A stretch of DNA of 64,000 bases from Tortispora ganteri (Eukaryota): positions 1-64,000 of the forward strand of contig PPNB01000021.1 of the NCBI GenBank assembly GCA_003707115.1, written 5' to 3'. Shown one piece after another: positions 53,534 to 64,000 of this stretch (positions are counted from its first letter, which is position 1; each line of letters opens with the position of its first letter). The notes below the pieces were generated by a model. It searched no databases and was not told where the DNA came from. It worked only from the letters and a program-made list of their open reading frames with translations. The position numbers were made by a program, and so were the translations under genes.

Positions 53534-54916
53534 TTATTTCGATGCTTGTTTCATGAGGAACCTTTTCAGTGGGGTAATCTCATTCAGAATCTCTAATCCC
53601 CAAGAGCGTGCGGTGACAACTGGCCATACCGATACCGAGTACAATTTCTCGAGCTTATCTACTACACCGAGCAGCGCGTTATTTACAATATAGCGGTCGC
53701 CCCAGTATTGATCAAGCACCAATTGCGATCCGATATCCTGACCAAGTTCTGCTGCTTTCTGTAGAACTGTTGCGAGAGACTGGACATCGCCTTGACCCAT
53801 ATTGAGACCCTGTCCAGCGAGTGGATGTGTAGTGTGAGCTGCGTCGCCGACTAGAGCGATACGTGGAGCAGAGTAGCGGTCTGCATGTCGCAGTTTAAGC
53901 GGAAACCCGGCTCTGGAATTGTGTTCAACATGAACAACAGGAAGTGGCACGTCTGTGCCGTCGATGAGATTGTGAGAGACTGTTGAAAGACGCCACTTGA
54001 CTTCGTCAATGATCTGATCGGAGTCTGTAAGTGAAAACAAGTAGGCGAGGTCGACAGGTTCGAGTCTAAAGCCGGCATTAACTAAAGATATGAATGCTTG
54101 TTCAGAGACAGACTTGAGCAGGTTGGCATTGGCAGCAGTAGTAGACCAAACCAAACTGGCGTGGCCGTCCGGCATAGGCAACATGGCAAGTGGACCCGTA
54201 GGAAGAAACCGCTGCCAGGCGATAGCGCTCAAGTCATCATATTCAAGACGCAACGACGCGACTAATCCCATGCCATAGTCCCATCCGGTACTCTCTATGC
54301 CTGCGTAGTGTCTAACGGGAGAGTTAGCTCCGTCTGCGCCAATGAGCAACCGTGCACGAAAGGCGTGACCGGGAATATGAATTATAGGCCATTGGTCGCC
54401 AGGCCATCCATTGCGACTAGGCTTTATGGATTCAAGTTTGCTATTGTCAAAAATCTGCACAGAAGGAAACTCGCGGACGCGATTAAGAATACCACGTTGT
54501 AAATTTTTTATCTCGATCATGTAAGCTATAGCGTCCTGGTCGATGTCGTCGCTGTCAAAATTGAGGCGAGCATTAGATTGGCCGTCCCAAACTCGCATCT
54601 CGTTATAGTCTTGTACTCTGCGCGAGTCTATATGCATCCAAGCGCCGATATCAATAAGATGTTGACGTGTATTAGGAGTAATACTGACTACACGGTTGTC
54701 AAATGTTGTTGGTGCCCATTTATCTAGCTGTGAGAGATCTGCACCGTCAACTACCATAACCTTCAGGTGTTCTGTGGACGAATGGCAAGCCAGAGACGCA
54801 GCCAATGATAATCCTGCAGGTCCTGCACCGACAATTGCAATATCAATATCTTTGATTGCAGTGCTGTAGCGGCGTATAAGGCGCCCGAACGCTGGCTGCA
54901 AGTTGATTCGCAGCAT
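53534..54916 (-). CDS. COQ6: Ubiquinone biosynthesis monooxygenase Coq6
   Basis: Presequence MLRINLQPAFGRLIRRYS; 'IVGAGPAG', 'LLIGADG', 'AWQRFLPTGP', 'LVGDAAHTTHPLAGQGLNMG'. Confidence 0.94.
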   Translation of the reverse strand: MLRINLQPAFGRLIRRYSTAIKDIDIAIVGAGPAGLSLAASLACHSSTEHLKVMVVDGADLSQLDKWAPTTFDNRVVSITPNTRQHLIDIGAWMHIDSRRVQDYNEMRVWDGQSNARLNFDSDDIDQDAIAYMIEIKNLQRGILNRVREFPSVQIFDNSKLESIKPSRNGWPGDQWPIIHIPGHAFRARLLIGADGANSPVRHYAGIESTGWDYGMGLVASLRLEYDDLSAIAWQRFLPTGPLAMLPMPDGHASLVWSTTAANANLLKSVSEQAFISLVNAGFRLEPVDLAYLFSLTDSDQIIDEVKWRLSTVSHNLIDGTDVPLPVVHVEHNSRAGFPLKLRHADRYSAPRIALVGDAAHTTHPLAGQGLNMGQGDVQSLATVLQKAAELGQDIGSQLVLDQYWGDRYIVNNALLGVVDKLEKLYSVSVWPVVTARSWGLEILNEITPLKRFLMKQASK

Positions 54917-55018
54917 TTCGCAGTATTGGTGTAAATCCAAGGTTGGGGGGATTCAACCCCCAAGTCCCCAATAAAGTCTACAATAACCAACAATACTTAC
55001 ACTGTATAAGATCATTTA

Positions 55019-56230
55019 ATGATCTCCCGAGGTCCCTTTACACCTAAAGAATTTGATGAAATTGAAGCGGCATCTGTATTGTCTAGCTTCCGCCTGCTCG
55101 TAATTGGCGCGGGCGGTCTGGGATGTGAGATGATCAAGAACCTCGCGATGTCCGGGTTCAGACATATTCACATCATAGATATGGACACAATTGACCTCTC
55201 GAACTTAAACAGACAGTTCCTATTTGCTACTGAAGACGTCGGTAAACCCAAAGCGGTTGTGGCTGCAAATGCCGTCATGAATCGTGTACCTGGGGTAAGC
55301 ATAACGCCACATTTCTGCAAGATTCAGGATCTTGATCTTGACTTTTACAAACAGTTCCAGATCGTTGTATGCGGACTCGACTCTATAGATGCACGTAGAT
55401 GGATCAATTTTACGCTTTACCAGTTAGTTAACCCTGAAGATCCCGCGTCTATTATCCCCATCATCGACGGCGGCACCGAAGGTTTCAAAGGTCAAACAAG
55501 AGTCATTTTGCCCTCACTCTCTGCTTGCTATGAGTGCTCACTAGACCTACTTGGACCTAAAAAGACATACCCTATATGTACAATAGCCAACACGCCTCGC
55601 CTCCCAGAACACTGCATCGAATGGGCATATATCCTTGAGTGGCCAAAACATCACTCTTATCCAATAGACACCGACAATGTTGACCATCTTAATTGGGTGT
55701 ACCAGACTGCTCTATTGCGCGCTCGTGAAAACAATATCCCAGGAGTGACATACTCGCTAACTGTTGGTGTCGTCAAAAACGTGATCCCTGCAGTCGCCAG
55801 CACAAATGCCGTCATTGCTGCTGCCTGTTGTAACGAGGCATTAAAGCTCGCAACAGCATGCAATCCTGTACTCGACAATTATATGATGTATATGGGTGAA
55901 TCGGACGTCTATGCACATTCCTTTGAACTAGAACGGCGCACAGACTGTCCAGTCTGTGGTTCTATGTCTATGACCCTTACAGTCGACGCCAAAACGACTT
56001 TGACCGAATTCATCGATATTCTACGTGAACGAGCCGATACTAACGTCTCTAAGCCATCATTACGCACATCAGCAAACAATTTGTATCTACAGGCTCCAAC
56101 GCAGCTGGAAGAAGCCACGCGACCACATCTAGAGCTCAAACTTTCTTCGCTAGTCGAAGAAAATGACGAGATTATAGTCACAGACCCCAACATCCCTCTA
56201 GCATTGAAAATACGCATCCACTATAATTGA
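55019..56230 (+). CDS. UBA3: NEDD8/Rub1-activating enzyme catalytic subunit
   Basis: '[11 protein letters not shown]', '[11 protein letters not shown]', '[12 protein letters not shown]', catalytic '[19 protein letters not shown]', C-terminal E2-binding domain. Confidence 0.95.
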   Translation: MISRGPFTPKEFDEIEAASVLSSFRLLVIGAGGLGCEMIKNLAMSGFRHIHIIDMDTIDLSNLNRQFLFATEDVGKPKAVVAANAVMNRVPGVSITPHFCKIQDLDLDFYKQFQIVVCGLDSIDARRWINFTLYQLVNPEDPASIIPIIDGGTEGFKGQTRVILPSLSACYECSLDLLGPKKTYPICTIANTPRLPEHCIEWAYILEWPKHHSYPIDTDNVDHLNWVYQTALLRARENNIPGVTYSLTVGVVKNVIPAVASTNAVIAAACCNEALKLATACNPVLDNYMMYMGESDVYAHSFELERRTDCPVCGSMSMTLTVDAKTTLTEFIDILRERADTNVSKPSLRTSANNLYLQAPTQLEEATRPHLELKLSSLVEENDEIIVTDPNIPLALKIRIHYN

Positions 56231-57765
56231 CGCATGCGCTCAATCAACGCTGTTGTGCTGTTCACCATAGTAATTTTTTCTTTGAGCGTGGGTATCATGT
56301 CTTCAATCTTGACGGTCTCGCCATCGCCCGCAGCATGGGTGCCGAGCATCTTGATTTTGACAGTACCGTTCGGGTACTCTTCCTGTCCAAGAATAAGGGC
56401 AATAGGAATTCCAGCCTTCTCTGCGGCTTCAAACTGCTGTCTGAACTTGACTTTGGTCTTATATTGAAATTCTGCCTTAATTCCCGCTTCCCAGAGCATC
56501 TTCGAGACGGCCATTCGTTCCTTCAAGAACCCAGTCCAACCTTCACCGCCGCCCATCGCCATGACAAACACCTCCGTATCGTTGGCACGCAGCTGATCTT
56601 CGTTAATGGAAGCCTTTATAAGAGAGAAAAGTCTTTCCACGCCGAAAGAGATTCCTACACATGGAATATCGCCTTTCTTGCTGTTAGAGAACATTCCCAC
56701 GAGTTTATCGTAGCGTCCTCCGGCGGCAATAGAGCCCACACCGACGTTCTCTGAGTTATCGTCATCATCTATGTATTTGTCCTTGCTCTTTTTGGCATGC
56801 TTCTTTTCTGTTGTGTCGCCCGCTGAAGGTGGTGGCGCAGATGAAGCGACGACAAATTCGTATATGAGGCCAGTATAGTAGTCGAGGCCCCTGGCAAGAG
56901 ACAGATCGAATGAGATGTATGAAGTGATCTGGTAGGCATCTGTGTAGTCGAAAAGTCTTGTGAGATCGTCGACACCGGCTTTTGCTGAAGGGTTCGCCAT
57001 TAGGGATTTATCAGCTTTAAGTTTTTCGAGCAATTCAGGTCCGCCTTTGAGCTTGACGTACTCGCCAATTTTGTCAGCGACATCTTCTGAGAGACCCTTC
57101 TCAAGTGTCATTTCTTTCTTGACGTCGGCCCAAGGTAGCTTATCAAGTTTATCGACGGCAGAAGAGATTTTCCTGACATCGGAATCAGGTACGCCGCATG
57201 TCTGGAAAATGCCGTCAAGGATGCCGCGGTGGTTAAGTTTGGCCTTAAAACCTTTAATGCCCAGATCAGAGAGCGTTTCAACACCAATAGCGAGGATCTC
57301 AGCATCAGGAATCATACTCTCAAAGGTACCGGCGATATCAAAATCACACTGATAAAATTCACGCATACGACCTTTTGTCATAGCTGGCTGGTCGCGACGA
57401 TATACCTTTGCTATATGGAAACGTTTCATAGACTGTATAGTAGGGTTCATGGCAAGGTATCTGGCAAAGGGTACGGTTAAATCGTACCGCAGCGAGCAGA
57501 GTTCACCACCTTGGTCTTTAAGATCGTATATAAGTTTTGAATCTTCTCCATATTTGCCTGCAAGGATCTCTTTAAGTTCAAAGACTGGAGTGTCGAGAGT
57601 AACACCGCCATGGCGCTTGAACACCGATACTATGGTATCGAATATGGCCGTACGTAAGACCATATCCTTGTCGGCCCAGTCTTTAGTACCTTTTGGTACT
57701 TTTAATTGAAATTTGACACTACTCATTGATCTAATTAATTGTGAAGTTGCATGCAATCGTCGCAT
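56221..57765 (-). CDS. HTS1: Histidine-tRNA ligase, cytoplasmic and mitochondrial
   Basis: 'LKVPKGTKD', '[12 protein letters not shown]', '[15 protein letters not shown]', '[10 protein letters not shown]', 'AAGGRYD'; in-frame ATGs at 57765 and 57726. Confidence 0.96.
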   Translation of the reverse strand: MRRLHATSQLIRSMSSVKFQLKVPKGTKDWADKDMVLRTAIFDTIVSVFKRHGGVTLDTPVFELKEILAGKYGEDSKLIYDLKDQGGELCSLRYDLTVPFARYLAMNPTIQSMKRFHIAKVYRRDQPAMTKGRMREFYQCDFDIAGTFESMIPDAEILAIGVETLSDLGIKGFKAKLNHRGILDGIFQTCGVPDSDVRKISSAVDKLDKLPWADVKKEMTLEKGLSEDVADKIGEYVKLKGGPELLEKLKADKSLMANPSAKAGVDDLTRLFDYTDAYQITSYISFDLSLARGLDYYTGLIYEFVVASSAPPPSAGDTTEKKHAKKSKDKYIDDDDNSENVGVGSIAAGGRYDKLVGMFSNSKKGDIPCVGISFGVERLFSLIKASINEDQLRANDTEVFVMAMGGGEGWTGFLKERMAVSKMLWEAGIKAEFQYKTKVKFRQQFEAAEKAGIPIALILGQEEYPNGTVKIKMLGTHAAGDGETVKIEDMIPTLKEKITMVNSTTALIERMRQL

Positions 57766-57896
57766 GCAAGAAAAGATAGGTTTTAGTTGGTGAACTAGCT
57801 AAGTTTTTCCCTTCCTTTCCCGCCTAAAGTGGGTTCCCCCCCTCCCCTCTTTATTTTACCAGGTGTTCCTGCAGACATTTAAAAATCGCCTTCAAT

Positions 57897-59753
57897 ATGG
57901 CCAACAATTTGCTTGACAGTACTGCTGCCGCCAGCTTATTAGATATTTTTGCTTCTATTGCTGCACAAAAAACTGTTGTCCTAGACAAATTAATCTCACC
58001 ACGTCTAGACCGACTCGTCAAATTCTCACAACTACAAGACAATGGCGTCGACCGCATGTTCTGGCTCGAGTCTTTACTTGATCCCTCCACCCTCCAGAAC
58101 AATGTCGTATACATATTAGATGCATCTATTGTTAACGCCCGCACGCTTGCCGGCCAGCTACGCATGCTCCTTGCCTCCCCTACTCACACTTTCGAGTTCA
58201 CCTGCATCATGGTCCCTGGCTTCCCTGAGACCTTCAAACAGATACTCTCAGACGAGGGCATAGTCGGCGATGTTACCTTTCACATCTGGTCTCCAGGACT
58301 TATAGATATTGCTCCTGATCTCCTCAGCCTAGAATTACCTGCTGCAGGCGCTGCCGACCTCCTCTACTATCACCTGCCTGCACCCGTCTCGCTTATGGTC
58401 GACGCTATCGACAAAATTGAGTCCACTCATGGTGCATTCACCAGAATCATTGGTAAAGGCGCCTACTCAAAGGCTTTCTATGATGCCTTGCTCTCAAAAC
58501 GCCGCGAACGCGACCTCCGCGAAGACAAGAAAAACTATATCCAAACCACATCTGCCCTCCTCGACAACCTTGTCATCATCGACAGGTCCATCGACTGTAT
58601 CACCCCGCTAATGACACAATTGACCTATACTGGCCTCATAGACGAGTTTTACGGTATACATAATTCGCAGATACGTGTACGCGCCTCTCTTGGGTCTTCG
58701 AAGTCCACGTCGCACGACGCCTCGCCGTCAAACGGACCTGAAAATAACTCCGGCTCCCAAATTGTAACTCTGGATCCTTCAGAAGTTATATATTCAGAAA
58801 TTAAAGACCGCCCGTTTGGCGACGTTGGAAAACATCTTAACAGAATGGCACATTCTCTCAATGACCAATACGAATCGCGATACCAAGCGAAAACTGTCTC
58901 ACAAATTAAAAATTTTGTCGGAAAACTCTCCGGCCTACAGTCCGAACACAAGAATGTCGCTCTGCACACAGATCTTGCAGAAGAAATGATGATAAAGTCA
59001 AACACCCCGTTATTCAACCTCACTCTCGAAGTACAACAGAACCTCATTTCTGCTGGTCTCGATATAGACACCCTGCATGACAAAATCGACGACATGATCT
59101 TCCAACAAGCGCCCGTTGAGCTGGTCTTGCGTGCAGTTTGTTTGGAGTCTTTAATTGATAATGGAATAAAACCAAACAGATTTTCTGCTCTCGTGACTTC
59201 AATATTGCACACCTACGGTCACAAACATGTCCTTACTATCTACAACTTGGAACGAATGGGACTCTTGTCTCTCAGAAACAACAGCTCGTCATTGCTCTAT
59301 GACAAAATATCTTTCTTTTCGTTACGAAAGAACTTACAGATTATTGTGCCTCCATCTGACAACGTCACTGTTGATATTTCCTTGCCTTATGCAGGATATG
59401 TGCCTATCACTGCACGTCTTCTCGAGACTACTCTGAACGCTCTCTACCTAAACCATGGGGCTACTTCAAGATCTATTGCCGACCTGTGCAAGCTACTTCC
59501 TGGACCGTTCTTTGATAAAAAAATGAGCAGCTCCGATGGCATGGTAAGTGCAAAAGAGACTTTAGGCACTCCTAAAGGTATCACTATGATCGTGATATTA
59601 GGCGGTATCACATATGCAGAGCTTTCTACATTCCGCATCCTCGCGAAATCCAACCCGCAAACCAAACTTATATTCACTTGCACGGGAACTATATCAGGCA
59701 ATGAGCTAATGCATATTGCTACATCTAAAGCGGACCATGATAAGCTTAAATGA
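57897..59753 (+). CDS. VPS33: Sec1/Munc18-family HOPS/CORVET subunit Vps33
   Basis: 'DLLSLEL', 'IIDRSIDCITPLMTQLTYTGLIDEFYGI', 'IKNFVGKL', 'YAGYVPITARL', 'GGITYAE'. Confidence 0.9.
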   Translation: MANNLLDSTAAASLLDIFASIAAQKTVVLDKLISPRLDRLVKFSQLQDNGVDRMFWLESLLDPSTLQNNVVYILDASIVNARTLAGQLRMLLASPTHTFEFTCIMVPGFPETFKQILSDEGIVGDVTFHIWSPGLIDIAPDLLSLELPAAGAADLLYYHLPAPVSLMVDAIDKIESTHGAFTRIIGKGAYSKAFYDALLSKRRERDLREDKKNYIQTTSALLDNLVIIDRSIDCITPLMTQLTYTGLIDEFYGIHNSQIRVRASLGSSKSTSHDASPSNGPENNSGSQIVTLDPSEVIYSEIKDRPFGDVGKHLNRMAHSLNDQYESRYQAKTVSQIKNFVGKLSGLQSEHKNVALHTDLAEEMMIKSNTPLFNLTLEVQQNLISAGLDIDTLHDKIDDMIFQQAPVELVLRAVCLESLIDNGIKPNRFSALVTSILHTYGHKHVLTIYNLERMGLLSLRNNSSSLLYDKISFFSLRKNLQIIVPPSDNVTVDISLPYAGYVPITARLLETTLNALYLNHGATSRSIADLCKLLPGPFFDKKMSSSDGMVSAKETLGTPKGITMIVILGGITYAELSTFRILAKSNPQTKLIFTCTGTISGNELMHIATSKADHDKLK

Positions 59754-59916
59754 CCTGACTGGAGATAAATAAATAAAAATGTTATAATATGAAGCGAACG
59801 TTATTTGGTAACAGTATAATTGTTACCTATGAATATTATAGTAACAGATCTGTACTTTGGTGCAGATTTAATCAGATAAGTAGATGAACTCATTCCTGCA
59901 TCCTGGTGAACCGGTA

Positions 59917-62022
59917 TTACTCAATATAAGCAAATATTTCAGGCGTGTTGGCAGCAGTCGGATCATCGTGTGCAGATATCAAATGGTCATCAAACTGGTT
60001 CTCCGTTAAATGGGCAGAACCATCAATTTCCTTGAACAATTGCAACGTTGACAAGCTTCTGTTCATGTTTGTTCCCCAATCAGGATCTCTCTGCGAAAAT
60101 CTCTCGTCTTGGTCTAATGTACCCAAGAGTCCAGCGCTCGCGCTAGGCGTATGAGGGAATGGAGACAGTGATTCCAGCATAGGACTAGGTCCTGTCTGTC
60201 CCGAGAAAGACCCTACAGGGCTGACACTATCCGGGACGTCTGTGCTGCCCCAAGTAGTACTTCTGGAGTTCACGACCCCGAGTTTAGAAGTACTAGGTGC
60301 AGAGAGAGATTCAGGTTGAGTAAACTTTATTTCACTCTCTTCTTCCTTCACAGAAGGTAATACAGCAGGAGGCTCTGGCTTATGACTGGGCCCGCTGAAC
60401 CCTGCATCCGAACCAGGCGCAGAGGCCGAAAGGTTGGTATCATACGGTGAGTTATCAGACCTTGAATCAGCAGTGGAATATGCACTTTGAGGATCCATAG
60501 ACGATAGTGAATCTAGAGCGTTGAGAAAAAACAGCTCTTCAAGACGACGCTCTTCCTGTGTAGCTTCGAATAATTCCTTGAACTTCTTCTGGCATGCAAT
60601 TGGGGAGAAAGACTTGTTTGTTTTCTTTGAAAGATGAATAGCGATATGAATCCATTTTGCTCGTTCACCATCAATAAGTAACCTCTTCAACAAAGATTCA
60701 TCATTCTTTCCCCATTTCATAGCAACCTGCCCTTGTTGGCCTATCAGCACTTGGAACCTATTACGGGCTGAGTTGGGATTTTGCATATTTAATTCTGCAG
60801 CTATATCAGCCCATGAACTTCCCTCTAAACGCATTCTCAGTATGACTGCGTCTTGCTCAATGGTATATTTAGAAAAAGGAATACCCGAACGCTTAACATT
60901 AGCACTTGAATCGGAGTCCGACTTAGGTTCAGCACGTTTACGTTTCGCAGGCTTTTTAGATTCAGAAATTCCTCTTGCAGATGCTTGTAAACTCTTCAAT
61001 CGCGGGGGTGACTTAGAAAGTTGAACTGTAGAAGCGTTCCTACTTGGCGGAAGCGATACTGTGTCGTGCGATGGTAATGGAGCAGCCCCAGTCGGACTTA
61101 GCGATACAGGGCTCGTTATAACAGTAGAAGCAGGAGAAGTGGTGTTTGAGTTACTGTGCTGCATTTGCGTAGGATGAAGATAAGAGCTAAACGAGTGATA
61201 TCTGCGGGCACCTGCTTGTGGTCGCGAACAAGCAGTTGGTGTATCAGGCATACCCATCTGCAAGTTTGATTCGCCCATAGATAATAAATTAGAATGCGGA
61301 AACTCCATATTTCTCAAATCTTGTGTGATGTCAATAGATTCCGAGCTATTAGCTGGCTGGTGGAAATTGTAGAAGACCTGATGCGAACTGTTGAGTACAG
61401 ACGGTTGGAACTGAGAGCTCGTGGTATCAGGGGTCGGCTGCTGGATGAAATTGTGGTAAGGAGTAAAAGCCGAATTAGGTACTTTTCCTGTACTTGTATT
61501 ATGTAAAAAGTTTTGATTGTCTAAAGGAGTATTCGGGTGCGAGAATTTTCCAATGACATCAGGGTTGATATTAGCGACCTGATCAACAGGATCGTATTCT
61601 TGAGTATGAGTAGTGTTGTTGTTGTTGGCGAACCTAAGCACCGATTGACAAGATCCAGGAGTGTAAAGCTGGCCGTTGCTTGTTATCACGGATTCCGATG
61701 CGTGATTAGAAGACGATACGGAACCGGAGTAATAGGCGTCGTTGTTGAACGCGCCAATAGTAGGGGTGTTCGGCACCTGCATTAAAAGTCCGGAGAAAAA
61801 CGTATGAGAACCGCTATCAGAGTCCTTTAATGAAGCCGTTCTCTTGGTTTTCGATGCGGCAGGACCGTGACTGGAATCTTCAATGTCACTTCGAGGCAGG
61901 ATAGGCACGTGTTGGCGTTGATATACGTTCACTGGCAACGGTTCGCGGTGGATCTGGTTGTCGGCAATAGAAGAGCGCAGTTCTGGTTTCGTTACGCTAT
62001 TTTCACAATCTGAGTTTCTCAT
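59917..62022 (-). CDS. Putative transcription factor with tandem Myb/SANT-like repeats
   Basis: 701 aa, mostly Ser/Pro/Asn low complexity; NLS-like 'KKPAKRKR'; 'KYTIEQDAVILRMR..GSSWADIA...SARNRFQ' and 'KWIHIA..LSKKTNKSFSPIACQKKF'. Confidence 0.72.
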   Translation of the reverse strand: MRNSDCENSVTKPELRSSIADNQIHREPLPVNVYQRQHVPILPRSDIEDSSHGPAASKTKRTASLKDSDSGSHTFFSGLLMQVPNTPTIGAFNNDAYYSGSVSSSNHASESVITSNGQLYTPGSCQSVLRFANNNNTTHTQEYDPVDQVANINPDVIGKFSHPNTPLDNQNFLHNTSTGKVPNSAFTPYHNFIQQPTPDTTSSQFQPSVLNSSHQVFYNFHQPANSSESIDITQDLRNMEFPHSNLLSMGESNLQMGMPDTPTACSRPQAGARRYHSFSSYLHPTQMQHSNSNTTSPASTVITSPVSLSPTGAAPLPSHDTVSLPPSRNASTVQLSKSPPRLKSLQASARGISESKKPAKRKRAEPKSDSDSSANVKRSGIPFSKYTIEQDAVILRMRLEGSSWADIAAELNMQNPNSARNRFQVLIGQQGQVAMKWGKNDESLLKRLLIDGERAKWIHIAIHLSKKTNKSFSPIACQKKFKELFEATQEERRLEELFFLNALDSLSSMDPQSAYSTADSRSDNSPYDTNLSASAPGSDAGFSGPSHKPEPPAVLPSVKEEESEIKFTQPESLSAPSTSKLGVVNSRSTTWGSTDVPDSVSPVGSFSGQTGPSPMLESLSPFPHTPSASAGLLGTLDQDERFSQRDPDWGTNMNRSLSTLQLFKEIDGSAHLTENQFDDHLISAHDDPTAANTPEIFAYIE

Positions 62023-62876
62023 AGTAAGGTATTAGTAGCAAAGTAAAGCGAATGACTGAAGTGAGAAGAGTGTGGAAGTGATAACGCGAATCAGGAACGA
62101 GCGTTTTGGTTGATACGAGAAGCCAGCTGGACGCAAGGAGGAGACAACCAGGCAAACAGAAATATAAACAGTGTAAAATAAAATACAGTGCTCGGAGGTA
62201 AGAGTCTTGATAGCGTATGCAAAATAGTGTGAACGAAAGTGCGATCTAAGATAAAGGAAATAACAAACAAAAGAGGAGCCAAAAAAAACAGCAGCTATAG
62301 AGTACAAAGAGAAATGGTAACGAGCTTGCAAATAAATATTTTGTATAAGTAAATCAAAGAGAATATGTAAGGAGAATTAAAGAGAGGTTTATGGAGAGAA
62401 AAAAAAGTGAGTATAAGGTAAGAATTCAGGAATGGCTGGTACTATCGATGGCGGCTAGATCTACGCCGTTAGAAAGTGGGGAGAGAAGGCAGGCGCGGGT
62501 ACCAATACCGGAAAAAACACTATCTGTTGTTATGACAACGTGTGGTAGTATATGGCCGTGATAGAGTTTTTTTTGTGTGCGATCTTCCACGGGGCTGGCG
62601 GCCTAGTTTAGTAGCAACTTTGGCAGTCAAAATGCAGTTATAGGATTAACAATATGATCAAATTGGACAGTCAATGATTTTTTGCATGACTTTTTAATTC
62701 TAATAACACGGCGGCTTTATCAAGGTCCAGGCAGCATTATCTGAAATCCTTTAGTAAACTTTATAGCAAATAAGGTTTACGATCCCCGTATATCTATGAC
62801 TACCTAGATCTACAGTCGTAATGCGCATTAAAGGCAGATGCCGTGTGTATGTTTTTCTTTAGAGATCGCGGTTTTC

Positions 62877-64000
62877 TCAGAACTTGCCCACTTCTTTAGA
62901 AAGCCGTTTCATTAGTTCCCAGTCAGCTTTGGTGACAGTGTCGCGAAACGCTTTGTCCTTGAGCAGGTTCACAGACTCTTGTGTAATCGCGGAGTAAATG
63001 GGATCAGTTTCGTCTATGTGTCTGCCCCATGTCGGTGCTCCTGAATCTGCGTCAAGTCTTACTGCTACTCCTGCACCAGATTGACCCTTTTTAACAGTTT
63101 CAACAGCCTTGTGATTCACCTCCATGCTGACAACGCGACCAAGACGTAGTACTTGTCGGTGTCCTTCATTATCATTCTTGACAATCGCAAGCGGAGTTCC
63201 GACCCGTAACGAACCTTCAACGAGATCTACACCAATAATCATCGGATTCCTCTTGTTGATTATCTGCAGTGTCTTCAGTATGCACGGATATACCAGCTTG
63301 CTGGCGTTTTCCTTGCGTTTCTGATCTAGAAGTTCTTCCTGATACGCCTTGAACTTATCGAATAGATGATAAATGATATCTGCCTTGAACATTTTGACAC
63401 CCTGTTCTCGCGCATATGCCTCAGCTTCTTTGTCCACTTTGACATCAAAACACAACATAACAGCAAACTGAGGCGCTCTTTCTAGCATAGTAGCAGCCAT
63501 CATGACATCTTTTTTGAATACGGGCCCAATAGAGAAATCCATTACGGGAATCTTCATCGACCGCAGGAAGTCTAGCAGAGCTTCTAGAGATCCAAGCGTA
63601 GACGCCTGCACCCAGACACCTTTGCCACTAGAGCTGACAGTCTTCTTGAGGTCCTGGAAATCCTTCTCAACTTCTCTGAGAATATCTTCCTCGTTATCGT
63701 CCGGTCCAACGACAAGCAATCGCGATCCAGCAATAGCCTTATCGAGATCGTTGGCGGCAATCTTAACACCTAGCGCCGCCTTGACCTGTTTATGATGCAC
63801 GTATTCAGACTTTATTCGCAGTTCGCGGAGTGGTTGCGGCGTCAGTAAAGCCCTCACATTTGTAGCAATACCACCGTTCATGCCGCACACAACAATCCGG
63901 TCTCCTTCGTGTAATATACCGTTCGACAATACCACATCAATAGTAGTACCTAAACCTTCAATGACTTTAACTTCCAATACCGTACATTCCAGTTTTGACA
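62877..64000 (-). CDS. FUN12: Translation initiation factor eIF5B (3' part; 5' end lies outside the window)
   Basis: 'ECTVLEVKVIEGLGTTIDVVLSNG', 'RALLTPQPLRELR', 'QASTLGSLEALL', 'IIYHLFD'; the frame is open to the window edge. Confidence 0.96.
   Translation of the reverse strand, partial: SKLECTVLEVKVIEGLGTTIDVVLSNGILHEGDRIVVCGMNGGIATNVRALLTPQPLRELRIKSEYVHHKQVKAALGVKIAANDLDKAIAGSRLLVVGPDDNEEDILREVEKDFQDLKKTVSSSGKGVWVQASTLGSLEALLDFLRSMKIPVMDFSIGPVFKKDVMMAATMLERAPQFAVMLCFDVKVDKEAEAYAREQGVKMFKADIIYHLFDKFKAYQEELLDQKRKENASKLVYPCILKTLQIINKRNPMIIGVDLVEGSLRVGTPLAIVKNDNEGHRQVLRLGRVVSMEVNHKAVETVKKGQSGAGVAVRLDADSGAPTWGRHIDETDPIYSAITQESVNLLKDKAFRDTVTKADWELMKRLSKEVGKF

Noticed and set aside
56227..59212. 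Antisense ORFs of 130-187 aa over HTS1 and VPS33, and the many 60-150 aa shadow ORFs elsewhere
   Set aside because: All overlap well-supported conserved genes, many start at non-ATG codons, and none shows a domain signature.

Overview
Gene-dense 64 kb segment of a budding-yeast (Saccharomycotina-type) nuclear chromosome. The genetic code looks standard: CTG sits at conserved Leu positions, e.g. GFA1 GALKIKE and ERO1 GKLQ. About 35 protein-coding genes, nearly all recognisable housekeeping genes, in order: ILM1, AVT3/4, VHC1, RAM2, FSF1, ERG12, PSH1-like, PUF3, a SAM methyltransferase, RSM26/MRP1-like, COX23, a YPL150W-like kinase, ATG5, GFA1, YTM1, LEU2, a fasciclin protein, RPC19, GPI7, ERO1, a hypothetical, LSM6, INP52/53, VPS30, VPS8, a YMR295C-like protein, a hypothetical, SSZ1, PMT1, COQ6, UBA3, HTS1, VPS33, a Myb protein and a partial FUN12. 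Four short (51-68 nt) 5'-proximal spliceosomal introns, which the ORF track does not model, were reconstructed in FSF1, ERG12, GFA1 and LSM6. I saw no mobile element, tRNA/rRNA, CRISPR array or obviously foreign gene, and I cannot claim a clearly new biological system. The most interesting signals are regulatory or architectural: a tandem in-frame splice acceptor next to the catalytic Cys of GFA1; Puf3 elements in the 3' UTRs of mitochondrial genes near PUF3; ultra-short (77-131 bp) divergent promoters, most with G/C tracts, including VPS30/VPS8 within an INP52/53-VPS30-VPS8 endosomal trio; dual in-frame ATGs in HTS1; and a UBA3/HTS1 tail-to-tail CDS overlap. Gene identities come from recalled family motifs, not database searches.
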